Below are positions 21,884 to 30,854 of a stretch of DNA of 64,000 bases, in pieces. Every line of letters begins with the position of its first letter. Position 1 is the first letter of the stretch. Made by a program: the position numbers and the translations under genes. Source of the stretch: Clostridia bacterium (GTDB taxonomy: Bacteria; Bacillota; Clostridia; Christensenellales; CAG-138); NCBI GenBank assembly GCA_017545535.1, contig JAFWMS010000003.1, forward strand, positions 41,991 to 105,990, written 5' to 3'. The notes beneath the pieces are model-generated. The model was not told the origin of the DNA, did no database searches, and was given only the letters and a program-made list of their open reading frames with translations.

Positions 21884-23077
21884 TCAGGCCCATTCCTGGA
21901 CGAAGCGGATGAACTCCTGGACCTCCTGCTCGCTGTAGGCGTGGGCGGTGTACATCTGGCAGCCCATGGTGGCCCACATGATCTCCGGCATCCGCTCGCA
22001 CATGGCCATCCGGTCTCCGTACTTTTCCATGATCTCCTCATGGGTGTGGCGGTAGGTGTGGGCATCCTTCCGACTGGCGTAGACGCACCAGTGATCCTGA
22101 CCGCTGGGGGGCAGCAGCCGCTTGTCGGCGGTGATCATATCCGCCCAAATCTGATATACGTCCGTGGCGTGGCCGAAGTCCATCATGTCCGGAGTGTAGC
22201 CTCCGGCAGGCCGCATGTTCACCTCCAGCGCCACGAAGTCCCCCACCTCGCCCAGTCCCTTACGGGCCTTGGTCAGGCGGAAGAACTCAAAGTGGATGAA
22301 CCGGCTTCTGACTTTGAAGGCCTTCACCGTCCGGCGGCCCAGCTCCTGCAGGGCCGGAGGGACCTCCTTCAAGGTGTAGTAGGCCAGCTCCAGATCCTTG
22401 TTCACCAGATCCGCGATGGAGGGTGGGAACACGGCGGAGTTCTCGAACAGGACCTCGCTGTGGGAATCCACGATAGCGTCATAGGAGTAAATGTCTCCGT
22501 AGATGAACTCCTCCATCACATAGGGCACGTTGGGCTTATTTTGGAAGAAGTCAACGAGGTTCCCATGGTTTTCCAGCTTCCAGGTGTCCGCCGCGCCCAC
22601 GCCCACGTCAGGCTTCACGATGACGGGGTACCCGCCGATGTCGGCGAGGAAAGCTTTCGCCGCCGCCTCGTCCGTGACCAGATGGGACCGGGCCGTGGGG
22701 ATGTCGGCGGAGGCATAGACCGGCTTCATGCCGTACTTATGCTTCCAGGAGCCGATATCTTCGTATTTCACACCGGTGGTGATGTTGAAATCCGTGCGGA
22801 GCTTGGCGTCCTGGATGAGCCAGTACTCGTTGTTGGACTCCAACCAATCTATTTTCCCGTATTTGAAGGAGAAGAAGGCCACGGCTTTGAAGACCTGTTC
22901 ATAACTCTCCAAGGTGTCCACCCGGTAGTATTCCGTCAACGCTGCCTTCAGGGGCGCCTCCAAACTGTCATAGGGTGCGTCGCCAATGCCCAGCACGTTC
23001 ACCCCTTTTTTCTTCAGTCGGTCGCAAAAGTTCCAGTAGGTGTGGGGGAAGTAGGGGGAAATAAACACAAAATTCAT
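21884..23077 (-). CDS. ATP-grasp domain protein (carboxylate-amine ligase-like)
   Basis: Starts at MNFVFISPYFP (GAGG RBS). ATP-grasp motifs YPVIVKPDVGVGA, MEEFIYGDIYSYD and ALEVNMRPAGG. Confidence 0.85.
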   Translation of the reverse strand: MNFVFISPYFPHTYWNFCDRLKKKGVNVLGIGDAPYDSLEAPLKAALTEYYRVDTLESYEQVFKAVAFFSFKYGKIDWLESNNEYWLIQDAKLRTDFNITTGVKYEDIGSWKHKYGMKPVYASADIPTARSHLVTDEAAAKAFLADIGGYPVIVKPDVGVGAADTWKLENHGNLVDFFQNKPNVPYVMEEFIYGDIYSYDAIVDSHSEVLFENSAVFPPSIADLVNKDLELAYYTLKEVPPALQELGRRTVKAFKVRSRFIHFEFFRLTKARKGLGEVGDFVALEVNMRPAGGYTPDMMDFGHATDVYQIWADMITADKRLLPPSGQDHWCVYASRKDAHTYRHTHEEIMEKYGDRMAMCERMPEIMWATMGCQMYTAHAYSEQEVQEFIRFVQEWA

Positions 23078-23353
23078 GGGATTACCTCGTTTTCTGTCTG
23101 TCAGAAACAGCATAAAAATAATTGGTATATAGTATACGACAGAACGAGCCGAGAATCAAGGCCGCCGGGCCAATTTTTTGCGGCATGCTGATAGCCGCCG
23201 ACGACCGGGCCGGGAGGGAATCAAGCGTGTTGACGGTGCGGGAGCATCTGTCGTAAAATATATCTATGACAGCTGTGGCAAGCCCCTGAGTCGCTTCAGA
23301 TAGCAGCAGATTAAGAGAAGCAAACATGCGATGTCTATTAGGGAGGTATAATT

Positions 23354-24220
23354 ATGGGTGTATGGGGAACAGGTTTGTATGAAGATGATTATACCTGCGA
23401 TATACGGGCGGACTATAAGGACCGGCTCCGCAAGGGGATGACCAACGAGGAAGCGATGCAAGACATTTTGGCACAGAATACAGAGGTGGTGGGTACGGAT
23501 GACGAACCTGTGCTGTGGTTTGCCCTGGCGGATATCCAATGGGAATACGGTCGCCTGTTACCGGAGGTGAAGGAGAAAGCCCTCGCCTTTCTGGATAATG
23601 AGCAGGATGACGACCGCTGGAAAACGCCGCAGCTCATGGAACAGCGTCGGCAGGTGCTTGTAAAGCTAAAGGAGAAGCTTCTTTCGCCGCAGCCGCCTGA
23701 GAAGAAGGTAAGAAAGTATAATTATTTTCGTTGCCCCTGGAAACTGGGGGATGTGTTTGCGTACCAGTTCCATACGGAAGAGAGTGAAAAGTATGGCGTG
23801 AAAGGACAGTATATCGTCTTTAGAAAAATCACGGAGGATTTGTGCTGGCCGGGGCATATCGTTCCAACTGTCCATCTATACCAATGGATAGGGAAAGATT
23901 TACCCACCTTGGAAGAAATTCGTCAATTTCCGGTTTTGACGACCAGCACACGAGCGCAGAATGAGAGAGAACGATATTTGTTTTCGTTTTTGGAAACATC
24001 AAATCGATCTGTGCCTCACAAGTATTTAACATTCTTGGGGAACATCCAGGATGGTCAACTGTTTGATCGAGAGGAACCAGATTCGGGCTTTCTTGGCTAT
24101 GAAGGCAGGAGTTGGCGTGTTTTTGAAGGTTGTTTTTTGTGTTGGTATTCTTGGCTGGTCGAAGAGAGTCGAAAGCAGGAGCGGTGTCAAGGAGATGTTT
24201 CCTTTGATAACTCCATTTAA
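23354..24220 (+). CDS. DUF4259-like N-terminal domain protein (immunity-protein-like)
   Basis: 288 aa. The N-terminus MGVWGTGLYEDDYTCD matches the MGxWGxGxFDND signature I associate with DUF4259. GGGAGG RBS. The gene is visibly AT-richer than its flanks. Confidence 0.75.
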   Translation: MGVWGTGLYEDDYTCDIRADYKDRLRKGMTNEEAMQDILAQNTEVVGTDDEPVLWFALADIQWEYGRLLPEVKEKALAFLDNEQDDDRWKTPQLMEQRRQVLVKLKEKLLSPQPPEKKVRKYNYFRCPWKLGDVFAYQFHTEESEKYGVKGQYIVFRKITEDLCWPGHIVPTVHLYQWIGKDLPTLEEIRQFPVLTTSTRAQNERERYLFSFLETSNRSVPHKYLTFLGNIQDGQLFDREEPDSGFLGYEGRSWRVFEGCFLCWYSWLVEESRKQERCQGDVSFDNSI

Positions 24221-24223
24221 TAA

Positions 24224-24499
24224 GCCAACCGCCTCCAAGCCGTTTTAGCCAGTTACCAGAACGGCAGCGATGCGGCCTACGCCTACGATGACAACGGGAA
24301 CATAACCTCGATCACCCGGGGGAGCACCGCGGTCACATACCAGTACAACGGTGCCAACGAGTTGGTGCGGGAGAACAATGGGCTTGCCATCCGCGGGTTC
24401 AGACGGTATACAGGGCCGGTAAAAGTGAACGAATTGAAAAAGCGGAAAGATTTTTTAAAAAGGAAAGGACAAGACGGACATTCTGTGGTAATATACTAA
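24224..24499 (+). pseudogene. Start-less YD/RHS-repeat fragment
   Basis: Same frame as the preceding gene, after TAATAA. It reads ...YQNGSDAAYAYDDNGNITSITRGSTAVTYQYNGANELVRENNG..., with no start codon. Confidence 0.7.
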
Positions 24500-24544
24500 T
24501 AGACGCGGAGAAACGATATGATCGCGTCAGAGGGAGTGAAAGAT

Positions 24545-25075
24545 ATGCGTATTTCCATTTCCGGAAAAAACCTTGAAGTCTCCGACTACATGCGGGAGAC
24601 GGCGGAGAAGAAGCTGAACAAGCTCTCCAAGTTCTTCCCCCAGGATGCGGATGCCCAGGTGAGCTTGGCCGTAGAGAAGAACCGCCACATCGTGGAGGTC
24701 ACCGTTCCCTATGAAGGCCGTATCGTCCGGGCAGAGGAGACCTCCGGCGACATGTACGCGTCTTTGGACAACGTGGTGAACAAGCTGGAGAAGCAGGTGC
24801 AGCGGTTCCGCACCCGGCAGGACCGTCGGCGCAAGTCCGGTGAGGTCATCGCGGACTTTGCCCCCGTGGCGGTTGAAGAGGAGAAGGAAGCCTTCACGCC
24901 CCGGATCGTGCGTACCAAGAAGTTTGACATCCGGCCCATGAGCGAGGAGGAGGCCATGCTCCAGATGGAGATGTTGGGCCATTCCTTCTTCGTGTTCGAG
25001 AACGCCGAAACCGGCGAGGTGAACGTGCTCTACGTCCGCAAGGACGGGAACTACGGCCTTATCGAGCGTGCGTAA
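24545..25075 (+). CDS. hpf: Ribosome hibernation promoting factor (long HPF)
   Basis: Starts at MRISISGKNLEVSDYMRETAEKKL. C-terminal dimerisation domain (MSEEEAMLQMEMLGHSFFVFENAETGEVNVLYVRKDGNYGLIE). GGGAG RBS. Confidence 0.93.
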   Translation: MRISISGKNLEVSDYMRETAEKKLNKLSKFFPQDADAQVSLAVEKNRHIVEVTVPYEGRIVRAEETSGDMYASLDNVVNKLEKQVQRFRTRQDRRRKSGEVIADFAPVAVEEEKEAFTPRIVRTKKFDIRPMSEEEAMLQMEMLGHSFFVFENAETGEVNVLYVRKDGNYGLIERA

Positions 25076-25092
25076 AATCAACGACTTCATTC

Positions 25093-25120
25093 GCGCTCCG
25101 CATCTCGCGGGGCGCTTTTG
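25093..25120 (+). terminator. hpf terminator
   Basis: GCGCTCCGC-ATCTC-GCGGGGCGC followed by TTTT. Confidence 0.8.
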
Positions 25121-25131
25121 ATAGGGGCGTA

Positions 25132-25160
25132 TTGCCAAGAGGATTGTTTTTTCGTATACT
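25132..25160 (+). promoter_or_regulatory. Promoter placing the TSS at the ATG of the VanZ gene (leaderless candidate)
   Basis: TTGCCA, 17-nt spacer, TATACT. Only 6 nt separate the -10 from ATG 25167, and there is no SD. Confidence 0.6.
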
Positions 25161-25166
25161 GTATCC

Positions 25167-26255
25167 ATGAGTATCTCTGTGAACAGCCCCATCATGCTGA
25201 TCTCGGTGACCGTCTTCGTGGCGGTCTTCGTGGTGCTGCTGCCGATGATCGACCGGAAGGTGTGCTCCAAGCTGGGCCTCAATCTGCACCACGGCCTCAG
25301 CGAGAACGCTAATGCGGACGCCCTGCTGCGGCTTCGGCAGTTGGTGCTGTATCTGGTGTTCTTCATCTACTTGGCGGCGTTCCTCATGATCGTGTTCTTC
25401 TCTCGGACTTCCTCCGATACGTATATGGTCCACGTAGCGCCGCTCCAGGACCTCTATAACGCCGTGGAGACGGACCGAGGCATCATGGACATCCTGTTGA
25501 CCGTCTTTCGGGAGGGGATCGTGGAGGGGCTGTCCCATATCGAGATCATCCGGCCCCAGGACATCGTCCAGGTGTATCTCAACGTGATGCTCTTCGTGCC
25601 CATGGGCTATCTGCTGCCCTACGTGTTCGGCTGGTTCCGGGCCAGGGCCCGGCTGCGGCCTGTGGCGGCCTGCTTTTTCATCTCCCTGGCCACGGAGAAC
25701 ATGCAGCTCATCTATCGCCGGGGGCTCTATGATCTTGACGATATGTTCTCCAACACCCTGGGCGGCTTTATCGGGCAGATGCTCTTTCTTTCCATAGCCT
25801 ACGTACTCACCCACCCGGACTGGAAGCGGGAGCTCAAGTCTTATCATCGCTGGCAGCGCCACGCGCGGCATATGACCCTGTATCCCTTCGCCCGACGGAT
25901 CGGCCTTTCGCGCACCACCCTGTATGCGACCAGTGAAGAATCGGTTTGGGCGTTCTTCGTGGACAAGCTGGGCTTTCGGGTAAAGAAGCAAATCGTCCTC
26001 CTGGACAGAGCAGAGACCCGGTTTTTGCTGGTCATGGGCAGCTCCCAGGTGGAGATCCTCTGCGGCAATCGGCCCCAGCCAGCCATGCTCCAGAAACTGA
26101 CCATTTCCGCCCGGAACCTGACCAAGATCAAGAAACGGCTGGAGAAAAACGGCATCCAGGCCGGGGAGCTCTATCGGGACCCCTATACGGACCTTCGATG
26201 CCTTTCCTTCACGGGTCCGGACGAGGTCTGCATCACCGTCATCGAACAGCCGTAG
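25167..26255 (+). CDS. VanZ-like membrane domain fused to a VOC/glyoxalase-like domain
   Basis: VanZ motifs (NVMLFVPMGYLLP, ENMQLIYRRGLYDLDDMFSNTLGGFIG). The C-terminal ~120 aa is beta-alpha-beta rich and VOC-like. Confidence 0.8.
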   Translation: MSISVNSPIMLISVTVFVAVFVVLLPMIDRKVCSKLGLNLHHGLSENANADALLRLRQLVLYLVFFIYLAAFLMIVFFSRTSSDTYMVHVAPLQDLYNAVETDRGIMDILLTVFREGIVEGLSHIEIIRPQDIVQVYLNVMLFVPMGYLLPYVFGWFRARARLRPVAACFFISLATENMQLIYRRGLYDLDDMFSNTLGGFIGQMLFLSIAYVLTHPDWKRELKSYHRWQRHARHMTLYPFARRIGLSRTTLYATSEESVWAFFVDKLGFRVKKQIVLLDRAETRFLLVMGSSQVEILCGNRPQPAMLQKLTISARNLTKIKKRLEKNGIQAGELYRDPYTDLRCLSFTGPDEVCITVIEQP

Positions 26256-26348
26256 CGGAGCCGCCGTTTTCCGGGCCGGGGCCCTATGGCTTTTTTGGGC
26301 ACAGTCTGCTATACTTATCCTATCTATACGGATGGAGGGATTGGCTAT

Positions 26349-27458
26349 ATGAGCACACCCACCGGCGGGCACAAGAAGATTCGCACCATCGTCATCACCG
26401 GCGGTCCCTGCGGCGGCAAGACCACGGCCATGAGCTGGCTGCAAAATGCCCTCACCAGCGCGGGCTATGCGGTCATCTTCTTGACGGAGACCTTCACGGA
26501 GCTGGCCAACGGCGGCATCTCCAGCTACAACTGCAAGGACAACTTCGCCTTCCAACGCATCCAGGTCCGCTACCAGCTGGAGCGGGAGCGGCTCTATCGC
26601 CGGGCGGCGGAGGCTCTCTCCAACGACAATGTGGTCATCGTCCACGACCGGGGCTCCATGGATGACAAGCCCTATATGACCGCCGAGGAGTTTTCCAGCA
26701 TCCTGGAGGAGCTTGGGCAGGACGAGGTGAGCTTTCGGGACAAGTACGATGCAGTCTTTCACTTAGTCACGGCGGCCAAGGGGGCACTGCCTTTCTACAC
26801 CACCGCCAACAACACCGCCCGCACCGAGACCCCGGAGGAGGCCATCGACCTGGACGAAAAGACCCTGGCGGCCTGGGCGGGGCATCCCCATTTGCGGATC
26901 ATCGACAACTCCACCGACTTCAACGGGAAGATGCTGCGGCTCCTTAAGGAGGTCATGGCGGCCCTGGGCGAGCCGGAGCCCATGGAGCACGCCCGGCGGT
27001 TCCTCATCAAGTACCCGGATCTCGACTGGCTCAACAACAACCCCAACTGCCAGCGGGTGGAGATCATCCAGACCTATCTCACCCCCTACCGGGACGAGGA
27101 GCGCCGCATCTGCATGCGGGGCACCGGCGGCAGCTACATCTATTACAAGACCACCCAGCGGGACGCCCCCGACGGCGGGCGCATGGAGGTGGAGGAGCGC
27201 TTGAGCCAGGAGGAGTATTTCTCCCTGCTCATGGAGGCAGACCCCGCCTGCCGGCCCATCCGCAAGACCAGGTACTGTTTGGTGGACGATGTACAGTCCT
27301 TCGAGGTGGACCTGTATCCCAACTGGAAGGACGTGGCCCTGCTCCAGATCGAGCTCTCCGATCCCGACGCGGAGGTGCATATCCCCGAGAATCTGCAGGT
27401 GATCCGGGAGGTCACCGACAACCCGGCGTACGACAACCATGCGATGGCGCGTCTATAA
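26349..27458 (+). CDS. AAA_28-type P-loop NTPase fused to a CYTH (triphosphate tunnel) domain
   Basis: Starts at MSTPTGG (GGAGGG RBS). Walker A GGPCGGKTT. The C-terminal half begins RRFLIKY, consistent with a CYTH-like fold. Confidence 0.8.
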   Translation: MSTPTGGHKKIRTIVITGGPCGGKTTAMSWLQNALTSAGYAVIFLTETFTELANGGISSYNCKDNFAFQRIQVRYQLERERLYRRAAEALSNDNVVIVHDRGSMDDKPYMTAEEFSSILEELGQDEVSFRDKYDAVFHLVTAAKGALPFYTTANNTARTETPEEAIDLDEKTLAAWAGHPHLRIIDNSTDFNGKMLRLLKEVMAALGEPEPMEHARRFLIKYPDLDWLNNNPNCQRVEIIQTYLTPYRDEERRICMRGTGGSYIYYKTTQRDAPDGGRMEVEERLSQEEYFSLLMEADPACRPIRKTRYCLVDDVQSFEVDLYPNWKDVALLQIELSDPDAEVHIPENLQVIREVTDNPAYDNHAMARL

Positions 27459-27473
27459 GGATCGGAGGACGAT

Positions 27474-28352
27474 ATGTCGAAGATACTGAACATCGGTTCG
27501 TTGAACCTGGATTATGTGTATGCGGTGCCTCACTTCGTGGAGCCGGGGGAGACGCTGCTCTCCGGCCGTCGGGGCGTGTTTCCCGGCGGGAAGGGCCTGA
27601 ACCAGACCGTGGCCGCGGCCCGGGCGGGGGCGAAGGTCTATCACGGCGGGGCCGTAGGGGTGGACGGGGATATGCTCCTGGACCTGCTTAGAAGCGCCGG
27701 GGCGGACGTGTCCGCCGTGGCGCGGGTGGACGTGCCCACGGGCCACGCTATCATCCAGGTCTCGCCCCAGGGGGAGAACGCCATCATCATCCTGGGCGGC
27801 GCCAATAGGGCCGTGAGCCCCGAGACCGTGGAGAAGGCTTTGGACAAGGTGGAGAAGGGCGATATTCTTTTATTGCAGAACGAGATCAACGGCCTCGATC
27901 CCATCATCCGTCGGGCGGCGGAGAAAGGCTTGCGCATCCTCTTTAACCCTGCGCCCATGGAGGCGGCGGTGAAGGAGCTGCCGCTGCATCTTTTGGACAC
28001 CCTCGTCGTGAACGAGGGGGAGGGGAAGGCCCTGGCGGGGGACATGGATGCCCTGAGGGCTGCGTACCCGGACCAGAAGATTTTGCTGACGAAGGGGAGC
28101 CGAGGCGCGTCCCTCTGGACCGGGGCGGAGCTCCTTTTCCAGCCCGCGTTTCCCGTGAAGACTGTGGATACCACCGCCGCCGGGGACTGCTTCCTGGGGT
28201 ACTATGCCGCGGCCCTGGCCGAAGATCTGCCCTATGCCGATGCCCTGCGTCTCGCCACCGCCGCCTCGGCCCTGGCCGTGCAGCGCCAGGGCGCCGCGCC
28301 TTCGATACCGGTTCGGAGTGAAGTAGAGGCATTTTTGAAAGGAACTTATTGA
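27474..28352 (+). CDS. rbsK: Ribokinase (PfkB family)
   Basis: GGKGLNQTVAAARAG and DTTAAGDCFLGYY signatures. 292 aa. Confidence 0.8.
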   Translation: MSKILNIGSLNLDYVYAVPHFVEPGETLLSGRRGVFPGGKGLNQTVAAARAGAKVYHGGAVGVDGDMLLDLLRSAGADVSAVARVDVPTGHAIIQVSPQGENAIIILGGANRAVSPETVEKALDKVEKGDILLLQNEINGLDPIIRRAAEKGLRILFNPAPMEAAVKELPLHLLDTLVVNEGEGKALAGDMDALRAAYPDQKILLTKGSRGASLWTGAELLFQPAFPVKTVDTTAAGDCFLGYYAAALAEDLPYADALRLATAASALAVQRQGAAPSIPVRSEVEAFLKGTY

Positions 28353-28496
28353 AAGCACGCACCTTTCTTGAAAGAAAGGTGCAACCAAAGAACTTTATTT
28401 GGGGAGTATTGCTTAGGCGATACTTCCCATTTTGTTAGGTGAGCTTTTCTTTTTCCGCCGCTTTTTCTTTTCATCGAAAAGAAAAAACGGCAAAAA

Positions 28497-29744
28497 TCAG
28501 GCTTCCCTGTTGTATAACGGCTTCACGTGCCGCCTGCCGCCGCCGATGATGACCAGGGCGGCTACCAGCGCGATGCCCATGAAGACAGCCAGGACCGTGC
28601 GCATGGGCAAAAACGTGGTGCACGCGCCGGCCAGCGCCTCCCCCAGCAAAGACCCGGAGGTGGTCAGCATGATGAACGCCCCGTTGAACCGGCCCTTTTT
28701 ATCGTGGGGCACGTAGGATTGGGTGGCGGAGGAGCGGATGGTATAGGACGTCACACCCAATATCCCCACCAGGAAGCAGGCTACCCGCATGCCGTTCGCC
28801 GGCAGGAACAGATACGAACCCTCCAGCACGTTCACGGCGCAATAGACGATGAAGGCCACGGCGTACTTGATGGCGGCGGGGTACTTGATCCGATACTGCA
28901 TCAGCCCGCCGATGCCCCGGCCTAGGACCGAGAACCCCCAGGTGGTCATGTAGATCCATTCCCCGTTTTCAAAGGCGCCTTTAAAATAGGGCAGGGTGAT
29001 GACCCCCTCGGCGCCGCCGGCGAAGGAGGAGAACACGAAATAGAGGGTGATGCAGAGGAGCCCTTTCTCCGCCCACAAATACCGGATCCCTTCCTTGGCG
29101 TCGGTCCAGTAGGCGGATAGAGAATAGGTTCCCTCGGCCCCCAGGCCCTTCTCCTTTTCCACATCGGAGATGCGGGTCTCGCACAGGGCCGCCCCCAGGA
29201 AGCAGAATCCATTGCAGAGCAGCAGCGGGGCGAGGCCGAACTTCTTGTAGAGGAACAATGACACGGGGACCATGACCGCGCTCAACGTCTCCAGCGTGCC
29301 CGCGATGGAGTACGCCTTGGAAAAGTTCCCATCCGTGATGAGCAGGGGATAAAAGCTCTGGTAGGCCACCTGATATGTGCTGGTAATGGTGCCGATGATC
29401 AGCGTCCAGATCGCCAACAGCCAAAAGTGCAGGAGCCCCAGGTGCAAAATGAGGGCGATGCTCATGTCCAGGGCCGCGGTGAGAAAGTCCAAAAGATAAA
29501 CGGTCTTGCGGCGGCTGAACCGGTCCATGAGGGGGCCGGCGATCAGCGGCGCCGCCAACTGAGGCAGGGTATAAAGGAACACGAACACGGCATAATACAG
29601 GGGCGTGTCCGTGTAGTCCAGCACGAACAAACTGATGGCGAATCCCGCCAGGGCGTTGCCGAACATGGAGATGACGCTGCCAATGGTGATGATGGTGAAG
29701 TCTCTGGTCCACAGGGGCAGATCTTGTTTCGCTTGCTGTTCCAT
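28497..29744 (-). CDS. MFS transporter
   Basis: 415 aa with about 12 TM segments and the MFS loop motif GPLMDRFSRRK. Confidence 0.88.
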   Translation of the reverse strand: MEQQAKQDLPLWTRDFTIITIGSVISMFGNALAGFAISLFVLDYTDTPLYYAVFVFLYTLPQLAAPLIAGPLMDRFSRRKTVYLLDFLTAALDMSIALILHLGLLHFWLLAIWTLIIGTITSTYQVAYQSFYPLLITDGNFSKAYSIAGTLETLSAVMVPVSLFLYKKFGLAPLLLCNGFCFLGAALCETRISDVEKEKGLGAEGTYSLSAYWTDAKEGIRYLWAEKGLLCITLYFVFSSFAGGAEGVITLPYFKGAFENGEWIYMTTWGFSVLGRGIGGLMQYRIKYPAAIKYAVAFIVYCAVNVLEGSYLFLPANGMRVACFLVGILGVTSYTIRSSATQSYVPHDKKGRFNGAFIMLTTSGSLLGEALAGACTTFLPMRTVLAVFMGIALVAALVIIGGGRRHVKPLYNREA

Positions 29745-29767
29745 GGGGGCAGTATAGCACAGGTAGC

Positions 29768-29800
29768 TGAAAAAGAAAAGACGCCCGGAAAAGGGCGTCT
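29768..29800 (-). terminator. Terminator of the zinc-ribbon gene pair
   Basis: Minus-sense AGACGCCC-TTTTCC-GGGCGTCT followed by TTTCTTTTT. Confidence 0.8.
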
Positions 29801-29817
29801 ATGAGCAGGAAATGGGT

Positions 29818-30351
29818 TCAGGCGAAGATCGCCTTCAGCAGATTCTCCACCGCGGGGATCAGCTGTCCCAGGGCGTCGGTGAGGAACCGGCCGTTCTTTA
29901 TCATTGCGACGATCAACAGCGTCAACACCACGATCCAGAACACCAGCCGCAAAATGAGCAGGGCCGCAGAGAACCGCTTCAGGCTCCCGTTCTTGGGATG
30001 GCCCGCGCCGAAGATGAACAGGAAGATAAGCCCGATCACCGGGATGGCGTAGAGCAGGCTCAGCACCACGTACTGGAAAGTGGACAGCATCTGCTTCTTG
30101 GGCGGCACCTGGGTGATGACGGGCATCTCCGCGGCCGGCTGTTCGGGCACGGCCACAGGCACCGGCGCGGGCTCCGCAGCCGCTTCCACGGGCGCCTCCA
30201 CGGGCGTTTCCACGGGTACCTCCACAGGCGTTTCCACGGGCGCTTCCACCGGCGCGGTTACAGGCTCTTCCGCAGGCAGGGACTTGCCGCACTCGCCGCA
30301 GAACTTGGCGTCATCGGCGAGCTCGCTGCCGCAATAAGGACACTGTTTCAT
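29818..30351 (-). CDS. Zinc-ribbon membrane protein with (PVEx)n linker
   Basis: N-terminal CPYCG...CGECG ribbon, a Pro/Val/Glu repeat linker, then 3-4 TM segments. Confidence 0.8.
   Translation of the reverse strand: MKQCPYCGSELADDAKFCGECGKSLPAEEPVTAPVEAPVETPVEVPVETPVEAPVEAAAEPAPVPVAVPEQPAAEMPVITQVPPKKQMLSTFQYVVLSLLYAIPVIGLIFLFIFGAGHPKNGSLKRFSAALLILRLVFWIVVLTLLIVAMIKNGRFLTDALGQLIPAVENLLKAIFA
30183..30256 (-). repeat. 12-nt tandem repeat encoding PVE(A/T/V)
   Basis: About six tandem copies of CCACGGGCGYYT-like 12-mers inside the CDS. Confidence 0.85.
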
Positions 30352-30363
30352 GAGCCCGGCTCC

Positions 30364-30777
30364 TTACTTGATGATGACGGGCAGCCCCTTGATGAAGGGC
30401 AGATAGGCGCCGCTGCCCTTGAGGGCACGAATGATGCCGATGATCTCACAGACCAGCAGGAAGATGCTGCCGATGGCACCCACGATCCAGCCCAGGATGG
30501 GGATGATGCAGACCAAGCCGCAGAGCAGGGACCCGATGAAGATCCACAGGGCCTGGTTCACGTGGTGCATGGCAAAGGCAGAGTTCCGGCAGCCGATCAT
30601 GGGCAGGACGCCCATGGTCAGATACCCCAGCATTGCCAGCATCTTGTTGTCAGCGATATCCTGAGGATCGAACTGGGGGTCCTGGTTGTTCACCACGATC
30701 ACGGTCTCCTTGCCGCAGGTGGGGCAAAAACGAACATCATCGGCGATCTCAGCGCCGCAATGAGGACAATACTTCAT
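30364..30777 (-). CDS. Zinc-ribbon membrane protein
   Basis: N-terminal CPHCG...CPTCG ribbon followed by 3 TM segments. GGGAGG RBS. Confidence 0.8.
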   Translation of the reverse strand: MKYCPHCGAEIADDVRFCPTCGKETVIVVNNQDPQFDPQDIADNKMLAMLGYLTMGVLPMIGCRNSAFAMHHVNQALWIFIGSLLCGLVCIIPILGWIVGAIGSIFLLVCEIIGIIRALKGSGAYLPFIKGLPVIIK

Positions 30778-30854
30778 AGATACATACCTCCCTTAAGATT
30801 CTAAACTACAGTATACAACGCCTTTTTGGCAAAAACCAGCCGTTTTTTGTGAAA

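Noticed and set aside
21871-22065. Upstream 65-aa extension of the esterase ORF, and the 12-aa extension of the ATP-grasp ORF (23078-23113).
   Set aside because: The extensions overlap the neighbouring gene or lack an RBS. The internal ATGs have GGAGG/GAGG sites and give family-typical N-termini.
24466-24494. hpf promoter (AGGACA, 17-nt spacer, TGGTAATAT).
   Set aside because: It is plausible, but the -35 is weak and it lies in an A/T-rich stretch where such matches arise by chance. It is mentioned in a finding but not listed as a feature.
28353-28496. Several A/T-rich and GC hairpins between rbsK and the MFS gene as terminators (GCACCTTTC..GAAAGGTGC at about 28360-28385; GGGGAGTAT..ATACTTCCC plus ATTTT at about 28401-28436).
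   Set aside because: Termination probably occurs here for the convergent genes. The stems are imperfect and I could not decide which serves which strand, so they are left uncalled.
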